Below, piece after piece: positions 11,795 to 24,100 of a stretch of DNA of 64,000 nt. The translations under genes were made by a program, and so were the position numbers. The notes under the pieces were generated by a model. It worked only from the letters and a program-made list of their open reading frames with translations, did not search any database and was not told the DNA's origin. This DNA comes from Marsupella aquatica (Eukaryota > Plantae > Marchantiophyta): assembly GCA_973895155.1 (NCBI GenBank), contig OZ316892.1:5488476-5552475 (forward strand). Direction: 5' to 3'. Position 1 is the first letter of the stretch, and every line of letters begins with the position of its first letter.

Positions 11795-12835
11795 TCATAA
11801 AACATTCTCATCATTGAGTAAATCAGCTTCTCCATCAGCCCTAGCCATATTTGTCGATGAAGTTTCCGCTACCTTTCCCTTATAGTCTCGCTTGAAGTGT
11901 CCAACTTGGTTGCACTTCCAACATGTCACTTGCCTCCTCTGAGGGGATTTACCCCTGGACTTAGATCTGGATTTAGATCTAAACTGGGTTCTACGGTCCC
12001 CAGTTGGTCGCTGCATACTCCTCCCACGGTTAACATTGAGGGCAGCACCAGATGATGAAAGCTGTGACATGATGTGCATCTTCTGCTGAAGATCATCACT
12101 AAGCAGAGAACTTACCACGTCATTGTATGAAATGGTATCCCTATCACGATGCAACAACACTCGTGATAGGGACTGGTAAGCTGGAGGCAATGAACTAAGA
12201 AGCTGCAGAGCCTTCGTCTCATCATTCAAAGTCTCCCCAAGGTTTTCCAGGTCAACGACCATGTCGTTGAAAGCATCCACATGGTCTTGCAACTTCGTAC
12301 CGGATTCCTTCATCCTGAAACTCATCAGTTTGTAGGCAGTGTAGAGCCGGTTCGACAACTCCTTGCGGTGATACTTGCTCTGCAATTCCGCAAACAAGGA
12401 CATGCAATCCTTATGTGCACCCAACTGCTTGATGATGGAAGGCATGAGATAGAGTGTAACACACCACACTCCCTGCTCCTGCATGCGGTCCCATTGTTTC
12501 TCATCAACATCGTCTTCACGAGGGCTCAACAGTTGGCCCATCCCTAACGCATAGAGCACTCCCTTCACCTGCTTCTCCCATAGCAAGTAGTTAGAGCGCC
12601 CATCATACTTTGTCACTTCATACTTGGGTCCCCCAAGCTTGAAAGTCCCCATCTTCTTCTTTGGCACTACCGTGAGCTCCGGTAGTAGTATTGCTTCCTC
12701 CACCACACGCCGCACCGGTGATGGTATCGGTGTCACGTGCTCTTCCTCCTGCTCCTCTCTTTGCCCCTCAAACCGCCGTGGTGATCCTCGTGCTTCAAGT
12801 TCCACGTCTTCGAAAAACTCCTCCGAATCACTCAT
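11795..12835 (-). CDS. Copia Gag (UBN2-type) with degenerate zinc knuckle
   Basis: KYDGRSNYLLW, LMSFRM, LLSSLP.Y, RGRS, CWKCNQVGHFKRDY. Confidence 0.9.
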   Translation of the reverse strand: MSDSEEFFEDVELEARGSPRRFEGQREEQEEEHVTPIPSPVRRVVEEAILLPELTVVPKKKMGTFKLGGPKYEVTKYDGRSNYLLWEKQVKGVLYALGMGQLLSPREDDVDEKQWDRMQEQGVWCVTLYLMPSIIKQLGAHKDCMSLFAELQSKYHRKELSNRLYTAYKLMSFRMKESGTKLQDHVDAFNDMVVDLENLGETLNDETKALQLLSSLPPAYQSLSRVLLHRDRDTISYNDVVSSLLSDDLQQKMHIMSQLSSSGAALNVNRGRSMQRPTGDRRTQFRSKSRSKSRGKSPQRRQVTCWKCNQVGHFKRDYKGKVAETSSTNMARADGEADLLNDENVL

Positions 12836-14220
12836 ATGAGAAAATCACAAAAAATGTCATTTTTCACAACTTCTCAAAAAACTCAAAACTTAGCACCGCC
12901 GCGTAGCCCACGAAGCTAGGACTCCAATACTGAAAATCAAAATCAAAATCAAAATTTGACGGAAAAGTTATTCAAATTTTGGTCGAGGTGGGTAAAACCT
13001 TGGGAAACTCCCCTGTTTTAACCACCTCAGGGAATAACCAAAATACCAAGTACAACCCGTCGTTGGAATTGCGATGTGATCAGTGCGCCGCGTTGCCAAC
13101 TTCAATGGCTACGACCTCGCCAAAAAAGAACCAAAAAAGTTATCGTTCGGCGGATGAAATCTTTGTCGGACGGTCAAAAAATAGCTCTCTGGTTTTTTGG
13201 AATATTCTATGACCCTTGTACAGGCCCTGTGGGAATTTTGGAAGAACAATCGAGGGGCTGACACGTGTCCTCGAACCCCCAAAACCCCCTACCACCCTTC
13301 GTCGTCGAAATCTGGTCGCGCGCGCAGAAAATACACACGGCAGAATGTACCCCTCAACACCAAACGCAAGATATCTCACTCGCGTTTTGACGAAATTAAG
13401 ATCTGATTTCAGATTTGGAAACTAGACTCCGAGGCGGTGAAAATCGATATAAGAAGCACCCAAAACAAGGAAAGAATGAGGGAGAAAAAAATTGGTAAAG
13501 ATGACAGATTTCTCTCAATTGCCATAGCCAATTTCGAATCAATTTTTCAAAGAGAAAAAATGGTACCTTGTCAACAACAAATGTTGATGAATTGCACTTG
13601 GTGCCGTCACCAAGTCCAACAAGGTAATTGATTTTGCTTAGCCTTCCTCTTCGCATCAAAGAGCCAATCCCGGACTCAAAAAAATCGTCTTGCCTCAATC
13701 TCTCCGTTGAGTCAAAATACTTGACGCTTCTCCCTTTGAGTCAATTGCCACGACAAGAAACCCCGATCAGGCAAAAGAGAACTCCATAGCCGGTCAGAAA
13801 ATCAGAATGCTTCTTTTGCTCGTCCCGTCGCACACGGTACACACTTGGTAACAAATCAGCTACCAAAACAAACAGCTCATCCCGATCTACAAGCAGAGCT
13901 ACAGCATGCGATGCCTCCTTTGCCGTAGAGCTCAAACCGTCGAGAAAACAAACTCTGGTCCCTCCTCCGAAAAACCGTCGAACACGAATGTTACCAACTT
14001 TCTTCACAAAATCCAGAACGACAAAAACTTAGATCTCTCTGCACCACGAGCTCCGTTCAGCAATTTCTTCACACCGTTAGAAAGCTCTTGCCCCGATCTA
14101 TCCGTTGAGCCCATAAACTCTAAGTTCCATGCAACGGAACTCCGAGAAATCCACCGACACTCAACACTGGAAAAAACCATCACAAAATCCTGTCACGAAC
14201 ACATGTCACCTCCCAGGCAT

Positions 14221-14232
14221 GCTCTGATACCA
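14221..14232 (-). other. Primer binding site (tRNA-iMet)
   Basis: TGGTATCAGAGC on the minus strand, 2 nt after the LTR end. Confidence 0.9.
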
Positions 14233-14234
14233 AT

Positions 14235-14579
14235 TGTTGAGCATAGACGACGATCGCAACGGCAAGCCCATGAACCATCCAACGCACAATAGTCGACACA
14301 GAGAGATACGTGGTTCACCTCCACATGAGGCTACGTCCACGGGAATATACGAGAGCTTTACTGCACTCTAGGCCGACCGGCCATACCAAGCATCCACAGC
14401 ACAAGCTCTCCCTATCTCTCAACTGGCTCCGTAACAATGAGCCTGAGTTCCACCTCTCCAAGCAAACACCGCTTGGTTATAGAGTGTGCACAGCATGACT
14501 AACCTAACCAAGTGTGCGACTAAGGTTAGTCTTAACTACGGTACATTCGTAACTCTAGACCTAAGAGTAAATCCTAACA
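14235..14579 (-). repeat. Copia 5' LTR (345 bp)
   Basis: TGTT...AACA termini adjacent to the PBS. Confidence 0.8.
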
Positions 14580-15071
14580 AATCCGTATTGGAGTTCGGAT
14601 TGAATCAGGAAATGCAGGAATGTTCCAAACCACTAAAATTAATGCTCACAAACATTCAATTTATCAAGGAAAAATTAGATTCGGAAACTTTCGCCTGAAC
14701 CTCATATTCACGCTCTCCGAAGATATATGAAATGTCTTATCTAGAAATCCATATCCACTTTTTGAGCAAAGTCCGATAATTGTATCGGACTCCGGATTTC
14801 AACCATGAAAGTTCCGACACAATCTCAGTTTTCTCAGTTTTTGGTTATTTACCGTAACTATTTTACATCACAGTCAATAAGAAATTATTGCACGGTTTGT
14901 CAAACTTACCTTGTAGTTACCTCCGCAATTGACCATAGTTACCTCCGCAAGTGACCATAGTCAACATGCCGTTGTTTCAATAGCAATGCGCAGTCCGATA
15001 AAATTATCGCAAAAACTACGAACGGCAAAAATACTTGCCGACAATACTAAGATCCTTTGGTTCATCGGTTA

Positions 15072-15231
15072 AATTTCAAAATTGCAACTATCCATATGAA
15101 GAAAACACTTTTTGGAATACCAACATCAGATAAATTTATCGCTTCAATTTCAAAATTGCAACTTCCATATTCAGAAGGAAACACCTTTTGCAATACCAAC
15201 ATCAGATAAATTTATCGCTTCAATTTCAAAA
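15072..15231. repeat. ~75-bp tandem duplication containing the GATAAATTTATC palindrome
   Basis: Units start at 15072, 15146 and 15222 (partial). Confidence 0.85.
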
Positions 15232-18200
15232 CTATATAATTTTGCCACAATGCACGTGTAAGAATGAAATTAGAAATCCAAGAAATATACCCTTCTCTGC
15301 TATTTTCTCGTTTAGGGCGACGGCCAATCAAAAGTGGCCACATGGGCCAACCCGTCAATAGACACTATAAAAGGGCCACCACCGATAAGTTTTTGGCGTC
15401 ATTATCCAGAGTAGATTTTTGGGAGTTGTGTTCTTGGAGCAACATTCTGTCCGCTGAGCCATTCGTTTTCCCTGATTGAGGGAGTAATGCAAAGTCCCAT
15501 AGTGTCTCAAGTAGCCATGTCTGAATCAGACACAGATTCACCTTCAAGTTTAGTTGAATCCTCTCCTAATGTTATCGCCCGCTGTTTGCCAAGTTGCATA
15601 CTTAAAGCTCTAAACCTCTCTCACAACAGATAGTGCCCGAAAGCTCTGGCTCAGATTCTGATGCAAGTTCTGGTCCTTAGCCCAGTTCTTACTATGTGTC
15701 GCCTAGTAAACGTGAGAAGCATCATCTCTTGAGCGTTCCATCGCCAAGAAATGAGAAACTTTCAATTCCAGGTTTAGGTCCAAGACGTCACTTCAGGCCA
15801 TCCATCCCGGGTTATGGAGAGGGTATCCGGCGACGGATACGCATATCGCACTCGGCATTCAAGTCGCCACATTCAACACACGTTCAACGACGGATCTTTC
15901 AGTCTTCGAGTGAGGATCGGGAGGGAGAAATACAAAGACCGATACGGCGATCGGTCTTTGCATTGCCTGGACTGGACATGCGAGCAAGCGAGCGAATCGG
16001 ATTGCAAAGTCCAAACTCGGCCCTTTCCTGAATGGTCCGTGGGAATCGTGGTGAACAAGTGCTCAGTTTTCCTGCAGCTCGCAGAGGCGTTGGGACTGCA
16101 CGTGTGAATTCGGAATCTCCAAGTTCTCCAGGGCGGACTATGATTGGTTCTTGGCTCTAAGTGTCGAGGAGACGTCTTAGTGGCGTTCGGGTTATGTATA
16201 GAGAGCCACGGAGTCCAATTGTGTTTTCAGATGAGTAGAGTGGATCAGAGGACGAAGATCAGGAAGGAGATAGAGAATCCGATATCATAGTACAAGTTGT
16301 GTCTAAATGTTTAGAAGGAGCTGTAGAAGAGAATAGTTATAGTCGCCTTTTCAGTGCCCCTCTAAATGCGTCAAGGAGATTTATGGAGGATGGTAGCTCA
16401 GCAGAGAGTGATGCATCTATTCACGAGGTACCTGAAGGACCCAAAAATATCAATGTTATCAACGGATTTCAGGCTATAGAGAAGTCAAATGAGCCTAGTG
16501 AAAAAGATAGAGACCGAATTACTAGGAAAGACAATGTGATAAATGATAAATTGAATAGAAACAAAATGGGAGAAATTTATAAGTATCCGGGCTGTTGTGA
16601 TAATTTTTGTCTGAGGAATTTGGATTTGCAGGATATGACAAAACAACGCACATATTACTATGGGCTATCCTACCAAGAGAAGAACGTACTTCTACGAGGA
16701 TGTGTGAAGGGTGGGCATGCCGGTGCAAGTGGTTACTCAGTTAGCGGTAGATCCTTTTGTCGGAGTGGTTTTAAGAAATTATTTTCACTAGGAAATAATT
16801 GTCTCCAAAAAATCTCAAAGAACATGTTTTCTCGGATACATGTTTTCTCGGATACAGATACATTTTGTAGAGAAAAATTGTCCGCACATCTTGGTCTCAT
16901 TAAGTGGCTGGATGATTTTTTTACTGTCACAAATGTAGAGAGTCTCCCCAACAAGGTTATCTTTCATTTACCTGACAATTGGACAAAAACAAAAGTTTTC
17001 GATGCCTTCCAGTCTGAAACTCTAATGCGCCAAGAACAAGGCGTGACATATTCATGGTTTGTTTGCATTTGGAACAAGGAGTTTCCTTGCGTCCGCATCC
17101 CCAAAAGGAGTCATTTCTCCACCTGTGCCCCGTGTACTGAGTTCAAAGCACTCCGTGACAAGGCAACACTCGAAGCAGATAAGAGTAAGTTTCTAAACCC
17201 GTGTGTTGTACTCCCGATAATTTTATCGGGTTGAGTATTCCCATGCTTCTTCTTTGGTAATGTGTGTGAATATATCGTTTGAACAGTTTGAATACTAATC
17301 CCGATAAATTTATCGCTGTCATGCTTTAACATTACCGTTATTGTGTTTGAATACTGAACCCGATAAATTTATCGCTGTCAGGCCAGCAAAGTCCTAAACC
17401 TTTTTATTATTGTAGGAAAATTCTCAACGGAAAAGCACTGGAGCAAATGTTATAAGAGTTCGAAGAAATATTTGGGCATCTGTATTGATGGAATGGATCA
17501 AAAGAAGACAGAGTTACCTCATTTCATTTGGTGTCCAAAGAATATGGATGAAAAGTATTTCATCCCTGTACACGTAGTGGGTTGTCTGATCTTCAACAAA
17601 CAATTAAGTTCAAATGTTTTTTTGAACTATCCAAATATTCACAATGATAGCAACTTGACCATCCACGTTATTCAGCATATTTTGAATACCTGGGAAGGTC
17701 CGCTTCCTCCAGTGCTGTACCTCCAGCTTGATAACACTGCTCGAGAAAATAAGAATAAATATTTTATGGCATATTTGAACATGTTGGTGAGATAGGTGTT
17801 TTCCAGAAAATAAAGGTTGGTTTTTTGTTGGTGGGGTACACCCATGATCAAATTGATCAAATGTTTAGCAAGTTTTCTTCAAAATTGAACAAGCAAAAAG
17901 CTTTTCGGTTGGACACTCTTTCCGCAATCATAGAGGAATCCTACAATCCTACGGCAAAGATATTTTTCGTTGATGAGGTTGCCGATTTCAAAAAATTTGT
18001 GTCTGACAAGGATCAAGCAAATGACAAAGATATGGATAGTCAGGTTCTGCGTACTCTCCATGGCATAAGTGCTCAGAAACAATTTTGGATTACAGGAGTA
18101 CTTGAAGATGGAAGTGCTCGGTCTGTCTTCCATGCCAAACATCTTTCCACGACAATAGATTGTGAGGAGCCCGTGGAATTTGTTCGGTATATTCCTTCAT

Positions 18201-18293
18201 CTGGAATGTGGGTCGCACCACAAATGGCATTGAAGTCGGCCACGGGAGCAATAGGAGACAATGATGAGCAAGAGAATGATACTAAGGAACAAG

Positions 18294-20745
18294 TGTCACG
18301 CGATTGACATGGGTCTTAACACCAAAGACGTCACTATGGGTGCCAAAACCATCTCCTTGTACCTGAGGATCACGAAGGGATGCTGTGAAGGCCGGTAAAC
18401 ACCACTTTATGCCCTTAACACCAGACTATCATAACAAATCTGTCACACATCACCCAAGCTCAATCCCTAAGAACCAAGGTTGGGGATCAGATCTGCGCTC
18501 ATGATAGTTCTAGTGAGAAGGGGTCTTCATATCGGGCCCGTACACACAGGGCCTAGCGCTACGGTGCGCATAGGTCTATACATATGCTTACTGTCATAGG
18601 TATGTTTCTATTCCGCCACCGGAATGTACCCATAAACCAGTGACTCCTGACTGATTCCCGGCTTAGGGACTTCTAAGCCATTGCCCCACCACTCTGCCAT
18701 TCCACTCTCAACAATCAGAGCTATGACAGTCCTCACCCAGCCCGCTTCAATGCACCCTATACACCTCTCAGTGGCGCTGCTAGTCCCATCATACACTCAG
18801 ATTGCCTCACACACACACACATCCATGAGAGAAATGAGGCCTGAGAGGAAAACTCAATTAGATTCAAAGATGTGCACAATAGTTCACTGAGAACACTTGA
18901 TCCGAACACTAGGGCCGAAGGCTGTCTCCTCCAGATTGTGACGTGCTTGCCCCGCAAGCCCCGTGCTTGCCATGCAAGCTCAATCCTGAACCTGAGCCCA
19001 GCTCACTCCAGATTGCGACGACAGATTGGACTCGAACCAATCTCGTACTTGCCTTGCAAACTCAATCTTGAACTCAACCTCCTTCATTGCACTTCATTCT
19101 TGGGGACACGTACAGATCTCACACCTCCATTTCAGAATGTCAAGTTACGCATGCACAGTTGACTCGACTTCAAAGCTGGTACCAGGCCTAACGGCGATCT
19201 ACCCCAGACTATAATGAGGCCCGGCCTCACGCTTGCCCTGCAAACTCAGCCCTGGCCATAAATCCCTTAGTGCTCTCTACCAGACAAAGGCCGGGACTCC
19301 CCATGGATCACGTAGCCTTGCCAGACCGAACTGTAAATGCTCCTTCTGCTGCCCCTCAATCAGTGTCTCAGCCTCCCTAATGTGCTCACCACAAATCACA
19401 TTGAAATCCTCCCCACAGTTTACAATCACCAATACATCACCTATCACAAGGCTCTGTATCGGGGGAAAAGAACCCAGTTGTGCTGCCCACTAGAAAGAGC
19501 CACAATGCAGCTCGCAAACCTAGCAACCCGTTGCAGCTGTGAAGCTTGGCTGATTACTCCCTAAGTAATAGCACAACCAAGCTTTCCCCAACACGCAGCG
19601 TCCAAGTCCAGCCTTGCTTGCACAGAGCTCCTCCCTGCTGCTCAGTCTAAGTGAGATCACACAACTGAAGTTCCCCCCCTGCCTCTACCGGGGGGCTGCT
19701 CTATATACTCTCATACTGAGCCCAAATGGGTGGATACTACGCTGTTGGAGCCCCATCCCAGCCCTAACAGAGCCGCCACTATCTCTAACTACTGAACCCT
19801 AACTCGCAACTTTATTTCTATCTTGAATTGACTATGTTCTTCGGATTTGGCCTTCCTCCATGGTTTTTGCGAGCTTGCGCCTCCTCTCCCGATTTCTCTA
19901 TTCAACCATTTGCTGCGTGGATAGCAGCGTTGGAAGCGGCTTGAGCTCCTCTTTCCAACGAGGTCAATTATAGCCGATTTGGTCCAATACACAGAGAGTT
20001 ATGCCCCGCAACCGAGAGGGGGTACTCACTGCTGCGCTAACTCGAGTTACATAGCTAACCCAAGTTCGGCTAACCTAGCTATCCTATCTAACCCGAGTAG
20101 AGCTAACCCGTGGTCTCGGGTTAGGCCGCTACCCGCTATCCGCTATCCGCTAACCTAGCCTAAGCTGAGCCCGAACCCGAGCTTACCTATGCTAACCTGA
20201 GCCCGAGTTTAGACTAACCCGAGTTCAGTCTAACCCGGGATCAATCTAATCCGAACCCGGGTTAAGCCTAAGCTGAAGCTGTGTTGACCTGAGCTAAGCT
20301 GAAGCCGTGCTTACCTAAGCTAAGCTGAAGCTGTGCTTACCTAAGCTAAGCTGAAGCCGTGCTCACATAAGCTAAGCCGTGGTCGAGCTTGGGTTAACCC
20401 GAAACTGAAGCCGAACCCGCTAATTCCGGCCACAAGTTAACCCGTCACACTAATCAGGCCGTATCTTCCTTAATACACCTCCGTTTCTCGAGTGTTTTAT
20501 ATCGATTTTACTCGCCTTGACCAGATCTTTCCAATGCTCTTTACAGATCCGGATTTGGTGACATATTGAAAGAGATATGGTCGCCGACCACCCGCGACAT
20601 AGCTTTTATTTCCCTACTCTTAACGCCATGATTGCCCTTATTCTTGCCATCTTGCTAATTGTTATGCGGTATCAATAGCTACTCCTTGCATACAGCAACC
20701 TAGTTAATCAGATCATAGAATAAGGACCATGTCATCGGCGTCACA
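18294..20745 (-). mobile_element. Solo LTR (2452 bp) with 5-bp TSD ACAAG
   Basis: TGTCACGC...GCGTCACA termini; ACAAG at 18289-18293 and 20746-20750; no coding domains; host transposase frame continues across it. Orientation inferred from TATA (~19702) and the repeat array. Confidence 0.9.
20030..20445. repeat. Degenerate GCTAACCCG / CTAAGCTAAGCTGAAGCCGTGCTTA array within the solo LTR
   Basis: About 25-bp tandem units at 20268-20380 plus many TAACCCG motifs. Confidence 0.8.
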
Positions 20746-21124
20746 ACAAGACGAGCGGGCAGCTCAAAATCATTTTTTGACTCTTCAAAAGTATCGGAGA
20801 GCAATTGAAGATGGATTCAATTACTTTGACGACGAAGATCGGCTATGGCCGGAGGGGTCATTTTTTTGACAAAAAAAAAGAAGTGATCCAACACCACCTG
20901 AAACTTGCACATTGGAGTTTTGATTGGAGTTGGCCCAAGGTAAACGTACAAAGAGAACCTACAACCAATCCTACGGAAGCAGCAATGGAACCTATCTTGG
21001 TTGATAAAATAGCGGGTGTGAGGACAGTCATGTATTCCAGAAGTTGGCAAAAAGTCACATAAATTGGAGACATCAAGGATCTAGAGGTGAATACTAAATT
21101 TGCAATGATGTGAATTGCCCTTGC

Positions 21125-24100
21125 CTTCACTGGAAGCACTTGTCGAAAATCACCTGCAAATACAACTACAACCCCTCCAAAGATTCGGTCATTATCTCAT
21201 ATGTCGCGTAAAGTTCTATCCAACGCCTCCACTCCATGCCGATGGATCATGGGTGCTTCATCCCACATAATAAAAGTTGCCCTCCGCAATAATCCAGCAA
21301 GGTCAGATTGTTTTTGGATGCTGCATGTCGATGTCGAGATTGGTTTCAATGGTAGCTTGAATCTTGAGTGTGCGGTGCGACCTCCATCTAACAAAAGACT
21401 TGCAATACCCGAGGAAGCTATGGCCAATGCGACATCCCCATCTGCACGGACTCTCCGAAGTAGAACATTCTCCACAAATGTTTTGCCCGTCCCCCCTGGT
21501 CCATCAATAAAGAATGTCGCTCCATCTCGAGCCCTCACGGCTGCAAGTATTGCAGTGTACATTGCCCTTTGACCCTCGTTCAACAACGGCTCTTGCTCTG
21601 CAAGTTGTTGTAGAAGTACATCCATTGGATAACATGTCTCCTCTCTTATCAACCGGTTTCTATTTTCTTCCTCTTGGAAAAAATCCATACCTGGTTTCGG
21701 AAGACCAAACTCCAACAATGTTTTACCCACACTTTTCAAAGCCTCATCCATCAAATGTAGAGCAAAGCTTTGTTGTTGCTGCTCTGTAGAATCTAAGAAG
21801 CCCATCAATTGCAAACGATACCTACAATCATCACTCAAATTGGATGCATGTTGTGCCCATAGGTCGCACGGTTTGGCAACACCTCCAAACAACAATATTG
21901 TAATAAATAGTTGTCGTATTTGCACACCGGTGTGCATGCTTGCCGCTTCTTGAAGGCATCTATCCCACTCCTCATCGTTCTCATACAAACCCCGAGCAAG
22001 AGCCGTTGCTTGAAAGGTGGGGTATACAGTGCCCTCAAAAGTGCGAAGGTCGATGAATGATGTTGCACCTTTGATGTGAAGAAGAAGCGCCCTCAAATAG
22101 TACCGTTCACCCGCGACTGGTGGCACAAAATACATCCTACCAATGCTAAACCCTCTTCTTCGTGGGTTCCATGCACGGGAGGACGTATCCCATACAAACT
22201 CATGGGGGAAATTGCTGTAGAGAAGTTGTTTTGCCTGTTCATGCAAAGTGTTAGCTCTGAACCACCCTGTGAGAGTTGTGTCCCTATGAGATTCTTGTTG
22301 AACCACATCACTGATGTTAGAATCCTCATTGAACATTATAGATTGTTCCCCCTCACAATGAACTTGCAGCCGTTGCACCGAAGTAGTACTCTCAGACATT
22401 TCAAACTGGTTAATGCGCCATACTCCCTCAGCAGCAGACACATATCTGGCATCTAAGTGCTCCTTCACTTCATCTCGTTGCTCCACCTCAACCGTTGCCT
22501 TATCATGCCCTTTATAACAGTACTTGTATAAATACTTGATTGCTTTAATAGAGCAACAAATCTCCACATTAATATGGGCATTGAATCTCATGCTCAAATA
22601 TGGACTATGAGGAACAACCCACCTATTGTCAAACTTAAACCCACTTCGGTCTTTTGAGAAATTGCGGCCATCATCCCGACGTCGATACATAGGATACCCA
22701 TCATCTCCAAAAACTGTTTCGGTTGAGAATGATCGTGGATAGCCCTTGCTGCACTGCCCGTCAACCATGCAAGGTGAGTTTGGATATACACGACCGCATG
22801 GACCATGGACCATGGACTTCATAATAGTTTCATATAATTGTGGATGTACTTGTGCGTCCGGTATCTCCGCCGACACCAATTGATCAACCAACTCTGGAGT
22901 GCGTAACTTATGTCGTTCCACCAATATTATCAGAATGTGGGCGTGCGGCAGACCCCTCTTTTGAAATTCAATGACATACATAGAGGCAATAGGTCTACCC
23001 AATACCCCTGCCCGAATATCCGCCAACAGGGCCTTCAACTTAAGTTTGTCGAACACTCTCGCCACAATGTCATCGCGGTTGGCCGGGGTCTGGTAGGGGA
23101 AGCACTCCACTTTGATTTCAGGCCATTCAGGATTGCACGTAAAAGTTGTGAAAAGGTCAGGAGGCCCATATGTTCGAACAACTGCCATGGCATCCTGATA
23201 GGCTTGCATCATATGTCATGCACTACCCCCATATGTGGACGGTAAAATGTAGGTCCTACCCACATTGCTTGCTTGTGCATCCCCATCTTGAACTGCATCT
23301 TGTAGCCCTTGATATAACTCGGTCCTAAGCTTTTTCTGATTGTTCCGAATATATGTGAGGCGTGTCTGGTCTATACACGCATATGCATCCACAATAAATT
23401 GCTTTAGCAATCTTCCTCCACGAAGCAGCCAATCATCTTCCCGCCTTGCATGTAACATATATGCATAGTATTGAAGTTGGGTCACTTTCTTAGAACCATT
23501 TCGTCCACCCCTCGCTCCTGGTTCAACAGGCACAATGACCCCATCTTGGAATTCGTGCCCTGCCAACGGGATGTCATAAGACCATCCATCCTGTCCATGA
23601 GGAAAGAGTAAAACATAATGGAGCGGTGCATAGGACCTATGCCACTCGGAAATCCGTTGTAGGCCACCATTCCTCTTCCTTAGGATTATATCCCTCCCAC
23701 ATGTTTCAATATCCTCATCTCCGACCATTATCACGCCAATTTCATCTGCCGTCGGCTTATTGTAGCGCCTAGGGTCTGTGTCCCGCTCCGCTACAATACG
23801 TAGCAATACGTCTGGCACATCGGTGTTGTCAATGCGGCTCCCTGCATTTTTAAAGACCCTCACATATGGATTGTACGTATGGAGCATCTCTTGCAAGGAA
23901 GCCAACACCACCTGATCCAATTGTGGCATCCTATTCATCCTGGAACCCAAAAAAAATCCATAAGACAGCTTATTCCAAAGATCATGTAATATGAAAGGAA
24001 ATTGAGGCAAAAAGTTGTACATGTTAATTACCTGTTCCCCAACTCATTCCCTGTGTCATGAATATAGAGTGGAGCAAACTTCGGCCCCGCTCCATCAGGC

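Larger units (their letters stand above)
9129..14579 (-). mobile_element. Ty1/Copia LTR retrotransposon (5' LTR to RT), interrupted by the Gypsy insertion
   Basis: 5' LTR TGTTAGG...TCAACA, PBS, gag (CWKCNQVGH knuckle), PR (WILDCA), GAG-pre-IN (WHSRLGH, CEHC), IN (HSDVWGP, RSDNGGEY), RT ([33 protein letters not shown]...FKMKD). Confidence 0.95.
16299..21110 (+). pseudogene. Sola1-like transposase, with intron (~17185-17415), stops and a solo-LTR insertion
   Basis: VRIPKRSHFSTCAPC; IDGMDQKKTELP; LYLQLDNTARENKN; FLLVGYTHDQIDQMFS (GHTH-x-x-x-D motif with H>Y); frame resumes after the LTR (KEQ|DERAAQNHF). Confidence 0.75.
14580..21120 (+). mobile_element. Sola1-like DDD DNA transposon remnant (termini not seen)
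   Basis: Degenerate transposase plus a repeat-rich upstream region sharing a palindromic motif with the transposase intron; split by a solo LTR; right end lost at the Helitron junction. Confidence 0.6.

Noticed and set aside
21081-21084. CTAG as the Helitron 3' terminus
   Set aside because: Not followed by T on the element strand, no GC hairpin upstream, and the helicase is incomplete.
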